Of a DNA stretch of 38,426 nucleotides, positions 14,049 to 24,100 are shown in pieces. The translations under genes were made by a program, and so were the position numbers. The notes beneath the pieces were generated by a model. It was not told the DNA's origin and did not search any database. It worked only from the letters and a program-made list of their open reading frames with translations. Origin of the DNA: Kiritimatiellia bacterium. GTDB lineage: Bacteria; Verrucomicrobiota; Kiritimatiellia; UBA8416. Location: assembly GCA_047920915.1 (NCBI GenBank), contig JBLRXB010000002.1, positions 1-38,426 of the forward strand, written 5' to 3'. Position 1 is the first letter of the stretch. Each line of letters starts with the position of its first letter.

Positions 14049-15358
14049 GCACCACGCCAGCCCCCCTTATGCTGGCATCCTTTCCGCGCGCTATCCTGCA
14101 CATCGATGGCGATGCCTTCTTCACCTCTGTCGAACAAGCCCTCCACCCTGCCCTGCGCGCTAAACCCGTCGTAACCGGAAAAGAGCGCGGTATCATTGCC
14201 TGCGCCTCCTACGAGGCTAAAGCCCTCGGCATCAAACGGGGTATCAGCCTCTGGGACGCTCGCAAAATATGCCCGCAGCTGGTCGTACTGCCCAGCGACT
14301 ACGAAACCTACAGCCTCATGTCCAAACGCATGTTCGAGATCATGCGGCGCTTCACCCCCGAGGTGGAGGAATACTCCATCGATGAAGGCTTCGCCGATAT
14401 TACGGGCATGCGTAGCTACTTCCGCAAGTCATATCCCGAAATGGCCCGCGAAATCCAGAAAACCATCCAACAGGAACTCGACCTGACCGTATCCATCGGA
14501 CTCAGCCTCACCAAAAGCCTCGCCAAGATCGCCTCGGATTTCCGGAAACCAGCCGGCCTCACCATCGTCCCCGGCAGACGCCTGCACGAATTCCTCCCCC
14601 GCATCAAAACCAGCGATGTATGGGGACTAGGCCGGAACCGTGTCAGCCTGCTCGCCAAATTCGGTGTACACACAGCCTGGGACTATATCAACCGCCCCGA
14701 ACCTTGGATCCGTAAACTCTTGCACAAACCCGGTGCTGAAATCTGGCAGGAACTGCGCGGCAATATCGTCATGCCGCTGGACCAAACCGCACAACGGCCC
14801 GAAGCTTCCATCAGCAAGACCAAGACCTTCTCGGCCCCCTCTGCCCACACTGACTTCGTTTATGCCAAACTGGTGCGCAACCTCGAATCCGCCTGTATCA
14901 AGCTGCGACGCCACCACCTGCGAGCCCGCGAAATCCATATGTCCCTCCGCACCAAGGATTACGCCGAGACCGCTGCCGGCGTACGCCTCAACCGCACGTT
15001 CCAGGATGTACGCGATGCCATTCCTGCCATCCGGACACTCTTCGCACAAATCCACCACCCTGGCACGACCTACCGCGCGACCGGGGTCGTGCTGACGGGA
15101 CTGTCTGACGATCGGCAATACCAATACAGCCTGTTTGAAGATCCGGTCCGCATCGAACAAATGCGGGCCCTAGGTAAAACAACCGATGCCCTGCAAGCCC
15201 GTTTCGGTAAACACACGATTTATCTGGGCACCGGGCTCCATATCGCCAACGCCCCGCAACACGAACGCGATACCCCGGTCTGGCGCAAAGACCATCGCCT
15301 CCCCGGCGAAACCGCCCGCAAACACATCCGTCTCCCCCTCCTCAACCTCATCATCTGA
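14045..15358 (+). CDS. Y-family translesion DNA polymerase (UmuC/DinB-like)
   Basis: The ORF track starts at 13910. I trimmed the start to the ATG at 14045, which overlaps the lexA stop as ATGA. Catalytic motifs are HIDGDAFFTSVE and YSIDEGFADIT. The UmuC-like stretch GKERGIIACASYEAKALGIKRG is present. The clamp-binding-type motif QYSLF is at 15122-15136. 437 aa. Confidence 0.9.
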   Translation: MSTTPAPLMLASFPRAILHIDGDAFFTSVEQALHPALRAKPVVTGKERGIIACASYEAKALGIKRGISLWDARKICPQLVVLPSDYETYSLMSKRMFEIMRRFTPEVEEYSIDEGFADITGMRSYFRKSYPEMAREIQKTIQQELDLTVSIGLSLTKSLAKIASDFRKPAGLTIVPGRRLHEFLPRIKTSDVWGLGRNRVSLLAKFGVHTAWDYINRPEPWIRKLLHKPGAEIWQELRGNIVMPLDQTAQRPEASISKTKTFSAPSAHTDFVYAKLVRNLESACIKLRRHHLRAREIHMSLRTKDYAETAAGVRLNRTFQDVRDAIPAIRTLFAQIHHPGTTYRATGVVLTGLSDDRQYQYSLFEDPVRIEQMRALGKTTDALQARFGKHTIYLGTGLHIANAPQHERDTPVWRKDHRLPGETARKHIRLPLLNLII

Positions 15359-15387
15359 AAACGATCGGTCCGGCTCTTCTGAAACAT

Positions 15388-17265
15388 TCAGACGCTAAGC
15401 TGGTCGCGAAGACCGGAGCTACGTTGCACGCGGCTAACCACCGCCTTTTTGAAGGCATCCGCCTGACACCAGAGCTGCACACCATACATCGTGCGCGTGA
15501 TCGCCGTGTAAATCAGCTCTTTGGTAACCACCGCGCTGGCTTGCACGGGCAGCAGCACAAGCACCTGGGCAAACTCAGAACCCTGCGCCTTGTGAATCGT
15601 TGTGGCAAAGGCGGTTTCATGCGCGGGCAATAACCGACAGGCAATCCGTCGCACCGGCATACTTTCAACATGTCCGCCTGTCGCTTCCTGCGAACCCCGC
15701 CCCGGAAAGCAAGCCACCAGACGCGCGGGCTTTTCCGGATCAGGCAAAATCACCCCGATGTCGCCATTGAACAAACGCATGGAATAGTCGTTACGCGTAA
15801 TCATGATCGGGCGATGATCATAAAACATACCACTGGGGTTGATATGCCGCCAATTACGCAAGTCTGCTGGTAACGCCTCTTTTTGCACCGCCTTGCCCGA
15901 CAAGATGTCTTCGATCACCCGATTGACCGTCTGCACACCATGCGGCCCATGCCGCCGCGCACAGAGCACCCGGAACTGCCCCAGCGCAGCAAATGCCGCT
16001 TCCGCCGTGGTGGCAGCACAATAAGCCTGGTAGCCACGCAAGAGATCACAGGCAAATGCATGATCCGCCTGTGTACGATGATCCGCTAAAAAAGCGGGCG
16101 TCTCGCGCAACGCAATCCGCCGCTGATCGGCCGGACGCACCGATTCTTGCTGTAACAGCCTCCAGACCGCATCAGCCTCGGCCGGCGTGGTGGCTGCATT
16201 GATGGCACGGCTGATGATGTCAATGCAGCCTCCAGCCACGAAACGACGGCTATCGGCAAGTTCCACAACACAGGCGGCCATCGATGCGGCCGCACAAATA
16301 TCGCCCATCACACTACCCGGTGCCACCGACGCAAGCTGATGCATGTCGCCCAGTAAAATCAATCGGCAATGATCAGGCAAGGCCTCCAACAGTTTGGCCA
16401 TCTTGGGCAAATCCACCATACTAGCCTCATCAAGCAGCACAATATCCGCCCGCAAACGATTGTCCTTATGATGGCGATAATAGGGTGATCCCTGCACATA
16501 CCCCAGCAGCCGATCGATGGTGCTGGCGGGCTCTGGCAGCGGAACGGGCGGCAGATGCGCTAAGGCCGCATGCACGCTCTCATTGAGTCGATCGGCCGCC
16601 TTGCCGGTGGGCGCCGCCAAACGAATAACCGGCGGTTTCTCACGGCCCCCCGGCTTGCTAAGCAAATACAGGATCCGGGCTGCGGTATGCGTCTTACCGG
16701 TTCCCGGGCCGCCGCTGATCACCGTCAAGCGTGATCGCAGCGCATGCTGCACCGCAGCACGCTGCTGATCATTCAACAAAAGGTCTTCTGACAAATCAGG
16801 CGATACGGCCGCATCCGCATGGGCCGCCATCGCGCGCAGCGTATCCGACACCAGACGCTCATACGCCCAATAACGCCGCAAATACAATCGATTCCGACAG
16901 AAAACAAACGGACACGCTGTATCGGGCCCACCAATCAAGTTCGGAACCGCCTCGCACCATGCATCGTTTCGCAACCGCGCCAAGGAAGCACAAATAGCCT
17001 CGGGCAAATCATCCAACGTAACCAGATCCCGCGCGGCCAGCGATAAGAACCAAGCCGGTGTAACCTCTGCAAGAGCCAGACAAATGTGCCCATCGGCAAG
17101 AATGCGGTTGGCCAGAGACAATCCCAGCCACACTTCGAGAGATGGCCTCGCGACAGACAATCGCCGAATCAGCGCTTCCACCAGATACAAGTCAATATCG
17201 CGCAAGATTCCCATTTCCCGGAGTTGGCACAATGGCGCCGGTATATTTGCCATACGTGTGGTCAT
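15388..17265 (-). CDS. recD: exodeoxyribonuclease V alpha subunit
   Basis: SF1 helicase motifs are VISGGPGTGKTHTAARIL, VLLDEASMVD and TIHKAQGSEF. The ATG at 17265 overlaps the recB stop as ATGA. The ORF track's GTG at 17271 is an alternative start. Confidence 0.92.
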   Translation of the reverse strand: MTTRMANIPAPLCQLREMGILRDIDLYLVEALIRRLSVARPSLEVWLGLSLANRILADGHICLALAEVTPAWFLSLAARDLVTLDDLPEAICASLARLRNDAWCEAVPNLIGGPDTACPFVFCRNRLYLRRYWAYERLVSDTLRAMAAHADAAVSPDLSEDLLLNDQQRAAVQHALRSRLTVISGGPGTGKTHTAARILYLLSKPGGREKPPVIRLAAPTGKAADRLNESVHAALAHLPPVPLPEPASTIDRLLGYVQGSPYYRHHKDNRLRADIVLLDEASMVDLPKMAKLLEALPDHCRLILLGDMHQLASVAPGSVMGDICAAASMAACVVELADSRRFVAGGCIDIISRAINAATTPAEADAVWRLLQQESVRPADQRRIALRETPAFLADHRTQADHAFACDLLRGYQAYCAATTAEAAFAALGQFRVLCARRHGPHGVQTVNRVIEDILSGKAVQKEALPADLRNWRHINPSGMFYDHRPIMITRNDYSMRLFNGDIGVILPDPEKPARLVACFPGRGSQEATGGHVESMPVRRIACRLLPAHETAFATTIHKAQGSEFAQVLVLLPVQASAVVTKELIYTAITRTMYGVQLWCQADAFKKAVVSRVQRSSGLRDQLSV

Positions 17266-20200
17266 GCGCACCCTCCCGTCAATAACGCAGAAAGCTCTCG
17301 AATCAGCTCTTTGGTCGGCAAATCGGTATAGATGCCACGCGTCTCATGGTGGCCAATACCACGCAGAAACACATAATACACACCGCCGATATGCACGTCA
17401 TAAGAATATCCTTTGAGACGCTTGGACAGATAACCATCGAGCGCCACCATGTAGAGCAGATATTGCAGAAAATAAAAATTGCGCGCCATTTCATGGGCTA
17501 GACCATCGCGCCCGAAATCGGCAAGAACCCCGGATCGGCGATTCGACTTCCAATCGACAATATAAAACCGGTCCGCATGACAAAACACCAGATCCATGTA
17601 GCCGGTCAAGTATCCAAGCGGGAGTTCCTTCTCCCAGTTTGTGTGCAGCGCATCGCAGCATGCTTGACGGTGCGGATCCGCGCCCCAGTGACGCAGCAGC
17701 ACATCACGAATCGCAGCCGTTTTCACGGTTGGAGGCTCCTGCCGCAACGCAAAATGAAACGCCAACTCGGATCGCCGCACCGCAAACGCAATATCGTGCA
17801 AGCAAAAGATCGTCTCCGTTCCTGGTATCTGCAGGGGTGCTGCGAGCGTATGGAACACCATTTCATGGACCGCCTCGCAACGCGCTTGCTCCACTGCTTC
17901 TGTCGGCCCCGCGCAAATCCTGTATTGATCCAGCAACACATCTACCGTTGCGCGAATCCCCTGCCTGTCACCCTGGAAATCGATCTGTTCAAAGATATCG
18001 TGCCAGCAATTGCCCGTCTGCTTGCCGCCCGGAATCGAAAAGATGTCGGCCTGTCCAATCGCCGGAACAGCCATAGCCCGCGTAGCAGACTCGGCCGAAG
18101 CATCCAAGTCGCGCTCGGCACCCGGCACGAGTTCCTGCACACCAGGCTCCAAGCCGGAAAAACTCGTATGCCCATGCGCAAGATTGACCCTCGGTAGGCC
18201 CGGTGGAACAAGCTGGCGCCCAGTTGCACCAGGCATGGCTCCACCTTCTGATGGCAACCCCTTGGAGACCGCCGCATCCACGAACGCTATCGTATCCGGG
18301 CAGGCATCGGCAACACGCACCAGCAGCCGATCTATAGCACAGTTGTCCGGCTCCCATTCCCCCCATTGCACGACATACACCCGATTCTTGGCGCGTGTGA
18401 GCGCCACATACAACAACCGGATGTCTTCCTGAAAATGCTCCTCCGTAGCAAGGGCCTTGGCTACGGGATCATTCGTGTCCAACGTGGCAATCAGCTCGTT
18501 GCCATCATTATGATAAAAAAGCAAGCCATTGCTCGCTCGGGCCTCGGCTTTTTTGCGCCAGAGCGTAGGCACGAAAACAACCGGAAACTGTAACCCCTTG
18601 CTCTTGTGTATGGTCATGATTTTTACGGCATCCTCATCGCTGGCCATGCGCATCAGATGCTCATCGCTGGAATCGCGTCCGGCGGCATCCAATTGTTTAT
18701 CAAACCACTGCACCAATCCAGCGGGACGATTTCGCAACGTCTCGGCTGTGGCGTGCAGGAGTTCGATCAAATGCAACAAATTCGTGAGTTTGCGCTCGCC
18801 ATCAGCTTGCTGCACAATATGTGCCCGCATGCCGGTCTTGCGCATGAGCAAACTGAAGGCCAGAATAAAGGAGCGCTGGCGCCAGCAATCGCCCGCTTCG
18901 CGAAACAAGGCCATCCAGGCGTCTAGCGTTTCGGGCGACGCGATAACGTCTGCGATCGGATCCGTACGCGCAATCACGACGTCTGTCGGCTGCCCTGCCG
19001 CATCGGCAAGAGTCGCAACATCTTGCAAAACTTCGGTATCCTCCTGACAAAAGGCCATCAATTGCGCGGTTGCACAGGGAAGCAGATTCCCAACCAAGGC
19101 ACCCCGCACGGCATAGGTATCCGATGCGTTCAACACCGCTTTGAGAATCAACCCCAAAGCACGCGCCTCCTGCGTATCAAACACATTGCCGCTATTTTGC
19201 TGTACCGCATGGACGCCCGCCCCGTGCAATGCCGCACAGATTTCCGCAGCTTCGCCATGCGTATGTACCAGTACCGCTATGTCTCCGGCACGCACAGGGC
19301 GCGCACCAATGCGGTAGCTGCCATTCTGCAACATACCTACAATTTCACCGGTTACATCTGCATACATGGCCTTGACGAGCTTATGCGTTTGCCCCGGCTT
19401 CTTACCGGAACCATACCGCCAAACCTGCAACGGTTGCGTGTTCCCGTCAGGAAGCACAAGCAGATCTTCCGGTTTCATGTCATGCGCTTGTAAATCACCC
19501 GCATACGGAATGGCTGCATGCCGGAATGTCGCATCACCAGCACGATCCGCAAAGAGCGCATTGACCGCCCCGACCAAGCGCGCTTCGGATCGATAGTTCG
19601 TCCCTAGACTGAATAGGCGGTCTTCACCTTGCGCCAGAATCCCGTCTTTGGCCACGTAGTACGTAAATACGTCACCACCCCGGAAGCCATAAATGGCCTG
19701 TTTCGGGTCTCCCACAAAAACAAGCGGGATCCCCGTCCCCATGAATAGCGTCCGGAAAATATTGTACTGCACCGGATCCGTGTCCTGAAACTCATCAATC
19801 AAGGCCGCCTGGAATTCCTCCCGCAGCACATCTTGCAGACGCGCCCCTCTTTCCACATCATGCAAGGCAATCATCACGTTGCGCAGCATGTCATTATACG
19901 TCATCACCGATCGGTCATGAATCTCCTGCTGCACCGCCGCAGCCAATGCACCGATCACAGCGCGCTGGCGCGACAACCGGAACATCTGCATGTCCGCAAC
20001 CAGTTCGCCCACGGCAGGAATGACCTTGCATATTCGGCAAGGTTTGCACAGCGCGGCAATATCATCCCGGGCAACCAGACCGACAGCACGCAAATATTCC
20101 TTGGCGTCCGTCTCGGATGCAGAACCACAGACGGCCATGCATGCCGCCAGAAACGCTTTTACCTTTTTTGTGGACGGCAGATAAGGCTGTGCACGTGCGC

Positions 20201-21161
20201 TCCAGTCACGAATCGCATCGCACGCCTGTGCAGGCAGGTTTCGCAGCGCACGAACATCATACGCTGCGGAACCCGGCCCCACGATCAAACCGTCCTGCCA
20301 CGCGAAGGCCCCCTGGAGTTTGGGAACGGCAATAGCCCGGGCGGCATCCTGTAACCGCACCACAGCAGCAGGCACGCGCACTGTCAATGTTAGCGCTTCC
20401 CAATCCACATCCGCAGGAGACAGCTCCAAGACTTGTGCGGCATCCACAAAAAGATCCTGATCGCGATCGATCTGCTGCACAATGCTTTGCGCTCTGGCCG
20501 TAAGCAGCTCATCTGTGCGATCAGATGAGTCGAGTGGCTGCAAAACGGCATCCGGCTTCTTGCGGTATTCGCCCAGACACCCCGCAAGCTGCTGGAGCGT
20601 TGCAAACGGCACCGCACCATTCGACTCGTTGCCGTACGTGTGCTGCCGCCACCAGTTGCGGCATACACTGGCAATAATCTCGGATTCATCGGCAACAAGC
20701 GCAGCCAGTGGATCATGCCCGCATTCGAATGCATAGCGCTGCAACGCACGATTACAAAAGCCATGAATCGTAAAAATCGCCGCATGATCAAAGTCCATAA
20801 TGGCCAACCGGACCCGGTTCAGTGCGCGGGCCTTCTGCCGGCCATCTGTCACAGCAATCGCGGATGCCGTCAGCAAGACATCAACCCGCTCGCGATCATT
20901 CGCCGAAACAGTGATGCTGCCTTCCAGTACGTCCCGCGTGAGAGTCAGGATCTTGCGCAGCCGGTCACGCAGCTCCAACGTGGCGGCCTCGGTAAATGTT
21001 ACAACCAGAACCTTTTCAACGGGCAACGCTTTTTGCAGAATCAAACGCAAGTATACATTCTGAATGTTATACGTTTTGCCCGTACCGGCACTGGCTTCCA
21101 CCAGCGTAGCCGCATCAAGTTCAAAAGCCGGATCCGCAATCTTATGCGAAAACTCAAGCAT
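17262..21161 (-). CDS. recB: exodeoxyribonuclease V beta subunit
   Basis: The start is at the ATG at 21161 (MLEFSHKIADPAFELDAATLVEASAGTGKTYNI...). UvrD-like helicase motifs are present, and the C-terminal PD-(D/E)XK nuclease has GYMDLVF...YIVDWKSN. The ORF track's extra 164 N-terminal aa overlap recC and were rejected. Confidence 0.93.
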   Translation of the reverse strand: MLEFSHKIADPAFELDAATLVEASAGTGKTYNIQNVYLRLILQKALPVEKVLVVTFTEAATLELRDRLRKILTLTRDVLEGSITVSANDRERVDVLLTASAIAVTDGRQKARALNRVRLAIMDFDHAAIFTIHGFCNRALQRYAFECGHDPLAALVADESEIIASVCRNWWRQHTYGNESNGAVPFATLQQLAGCLGEYRKKPDAVLQPLDSSDRTDELLTARAQSIVQQIDRDQDLFVDAAQVLELSPADVDWEALTLTVRVPAAVVRLQDAARAIAVPKLQGAFAWQDGLIVGPGSAAYDVRALRNLPAQACDAIRDWSARAQPYLPSTKKVKAFLAACMAVCGSASETDAKEYLRAVGLVARDDIAALCKPCRICKVIPAVGELVADMQMFRLSRQRAVIGALAAAVQQEIHDRSVMTYNDMLRNVMIALHDVERGARLQDVLREEFQAALIDEFQDTDPVQYNIFRTLFMGTGIPLVFVGDPKQAIYGFRGGDVFTYYVAKDGILAQGEDRLFSLGTNYRSEARLVGAVNALFADRAGDATFRHAAIPYAGDLQAHDMKPEDLLVLPDGNTQPLQVWRYGSGKKPGQTHKLVKAMYADVTGEIVGMLQNGSYRIGARPVRAGDIAVLVHTHGEAAEICAALHGAGVHAVQQNSGNVFDTQEARALGLILKAVLNASDTYAVRGALVGNLLPCATAQLMAFCQEDTEVLQDVATLADAAGQPTDVVIARTDPIADVIASPETLDAWMALFREAGDCWRQRSFILAFSLLMRKTGMRAHIVQQADGERKLTNLLHLIELLHATAETLRNRPAGLVQWFDKQLDAAGRDSSDEHLMRMASDEDAVKIMTIHKSKGLQFPVVFVPTLWRKKAEARASNGLLFYHNDGNELIATLDTNDPVAKALATEEHFQEDIRLLYVALTRAKNRVYVVQWGEWEPDNCAIDRLLVRVADACPDTIAFVDAAVSKGLPSEGGAMPGATGRQLVPPGLPRVNLAHGHTSFSGLEPGVQELVPGAERDLDASAESATRAMAVPAIGQADIFSIPGGKQTGNCWHDIFEQIDFQGDRQGIRATVDVLLDQYRICAGPTEAVEQARCEAVHEMVFHTLAAPLQIPGTETIFCLHDIAFAVRRSELAFHFALRQEPPTVKTAAIRDVLLRHWGADPHRQACCDALHTNWEKELPLGYLTGYMDLVFCHADRFYIVDWKSNRRSGVLADFGRDGLAHEMARNFYFLQYLLYMVALDGYLSKRLKGYSYDVHIGGVYYVFLRGIGHHETRGIYTDLPTKELIRELSALLTGGCA

Positions 21162-24100
21162 CCGCACCCTCCTTTGCGGAAGCTTCAATCGCTTGCCACA
21201 CCGGCCCCCAGATGGCGGTTGCCGTCGGCACAAAATCAGGATGATCCAGGGGCACCCGCTCACCGAATGCCGCTCGATAATAGGGATCCTGATCATTCCC
21301 AAAATGCATATAACCGGAATACCATTGCCTCTCAGCCATCTCGAAAGGATCTTTTTCTTTTTTGCCCGGCAGACGATTCTCGACTTCTGCCTGGATATAG
21401 GCAAATGCCATCTCGGGCGTAAATGCCAGACACTGCCGCAAACCACCCGCATAGTATCGACCAATTGTCTCGAGATGCAGCTGGGCATCAGATGCGGATA
21501 GCGGCCCGAAGACCACATCAAAAGGTTTGTCTTTTTTCCGATGAAGACAAATCCGGCTTTCCGGCTGTCCGCTCGCACACACAAAAAGATGCCGGATCCA
21601 GCTTGCCAATACTTCATGTACCTTGGCAGAACCATAGCGATAGTCCAAGGCACTCACTCCTTGCTCCACATCGCGGAGGCCTTTCGCATTCCCGCTGATC
21701 CGGAAGCTTGCAGTTGCAACATCAATATTCTCCGGCCAGAGCGGCACTTGCTCCTGGAGCCACGTGAGAATTGGACGCGCGTCATGCTTGGATGTCGTTG
21801 ACAAAACCTCGTAGATTTCTTCCCACGTCGCTGTAAACCAAGACTTACCCCAGCCACCAAGTGGCACAATCCCTGTCTCGCACAACTGCCAATAGACGCC
21901 ATCAGGATGTTCCCCCCTACAGATTGCATCCACAATACGGGCATTAACCTGCCACCCCTCAAGCATATCGGGAGCAAATACTTCATCCTCGGACAACTGG
22001 AGCGTATCATATTGCTCCAGCCGTACTTTTAATGTCTGCGTATAAAAAGCCCGCGCCGGATTTTTGAAAAAACGCAACAATGCATCAAGTTCCACTGCCG
22101 GCACCGCAGAAGCTGCTTGGGCACCGATGCGGCCCGGGCCAGACAAACCCGACGCTTGCGGTTGAACCGCAAAACCCATTGGTTCGCTATTTGCAGCATG
22201 CCCGACCGCAAGAGAGGACTGCTGATCGTGTCCCTCACGAGCAACAAAGGTCGCCGCGATATAATTTTCACGATCGTATGAAAAGTAACCTTCCTGCTCC
22301 GGATTAAAATACGCGGGATGAAACGGATGCAACTTGTGCTCGATGATCGGCACACAATCCCCGCCCGCTTTTCCGAAATATTTCCCGGCATATTCACAAA
22401 GCTGGTTCACCACCGTCGCCGCAGGCATTTTCTGGTTCACCATATTATCCTGCCCAACATAGCTTATGTGCAAATGCTTGCGTACCGCCATGAACGCTTC
22501 CAGAAAGGCCGCACGATCAGCCGTACGCAAGGAAGGGTCTCCATAGCGGCTTCCCTGACGCAGCAGATCATAGGCTGGACGATTATCCGGTCGCGGAAAA
22601 CAGCCATCCCCCATACCCAACAGACAGAGATAAGGACGCGGAGCCGCCGCACCAGTCCGCAAATTACAGAACAACACCTTATTCCCGCTCTGCGTACCCC
22701 GCGCAGTCGCACATGTTGCGCTGGAAAGCAGATCGCGAACCACTTCAATCCCTATTTTCCCTTCGTAGCCAGCCGCCGCACTGCTGCGCTGCAAACCATC
22801 CACGGCCCGACGCAATCCCACAACATCCAGATAGGTTGCCTCCGTTCGCACAAAAAACTGATCCATGCACTGCTGTAAATAATCCACCCAGACCGCCGGT
22901 GTGCGCAGCTCGGCATGCATATCCCGTGCCCTGAACTGCAGGGCATCCACAAAACGAACCAGTTTGCCTAATAAAACAGCCTGCTCGCCTTCCACGCGGT
23001 CGCATGGCAATACCCCTACCCGGTCATACGCGGATGCTTCCGTCAAAGCATACCCAACCAAGAGCCGATCGAGCCCATGCTGCCACGTCGTCTGTTCGGT
23101 AAACGCCACCCCCGTCAGCTCCGCGCGCTGTCCGGCATCCTGCCCCCAGCGAATGCCACTTTCCTGAATCCAGCTTCCGATAACCGGCAAATCATCATCC
23201 GCAATCCCGAAGCGCAGATGAATGCTTTCAAACTGTAGCAAATCCATTACGTCCATAGCCGTAAAACGACTTTCCGGCAAACGTAGCAATTGATCGAATG
23301 CCGTCGCCACCGCATTCTCGCCAGACGAACGCCGATCCATCACCGCGTACGGGATCAAGCCATTTGCATCCGACGAACGATCCACGGCAAAAACCGCGTC
23401 AATATACGGACCATACGTTTCCATATCCGCAACCAGTACCTGAATCTGACGCGGCTGCAGCCCCGGATCCTGTTCAAACCAGCGATAGATACAATCTCGC
23501 AATACTTCCAGCTCCCGCATGGGACTATGACAACTGTGCACCAAGATCGAGGGTGCCACACTTTCACTGGCCGGCCAGTCCGGATGCGAGACCGCAGGAT
23601 CCGCAACCAGGCCTGGTTGCGTATTATCCAAAACCGCGTTTTGCAGCATCCCGAGTAACGTCGTATCCGCCTGGCACCCGAAGTCGTCAGTGGCATGCAC
23701 ATCGGTTGCATCCAGGATTTGGCCAAGAAAGTTGCGGCACCCGCGCCCCATGTCAGCAAGAAAAGGATTTTGACACGCCAGCAACGCATCGGTATCCACC
23801 ACGCCCTCTAACCGCAAAGACTCCTTCGCAACCTGTCGCGGTGTGAGAGCCCCATCCCATTGATCCCGGCTCGGATTGAAAACATACAGGTGCACGGGCA
23901 ACAGCCGCCCCAAAAGCCGAAAGAATGTCATATAAACCGTAGGCATCATGGAAACGCCAAACACATGCACGGCAGGATGCCGCGCTGCAATCCGGCAATG
24001 GGGCAAATCCGTGGACAGGTCTAGAAACGCTTGTAGATACGTTTGCGCGGACAGGCCGTCGCGCGTCATCTCCCGCCACAAAGCCGGCTGCCAGCACAGT

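Noticed and set aside
15378-15392. Hairpin TCTGAA-aca-TTCAGA between the polymerase gene and recD
   Set aside because: It has only a 6-bp AT-rich stem and no U-tract on either strand, and it overlaps the recD stop codon. It is too weak to call a bidirectional terminator.
21162-21653. 164-aa N-terminal extension of the recB ORF in the track (1463 aa)
   Set aside because: The extension overlaps the 3' end of recC in another frame and has no RecB similarity. The conserved RecB N-terminus (MLEFSHK...AGTGKT) begins at the ATG at 21161, with the typical short overlap onto the recC stop.
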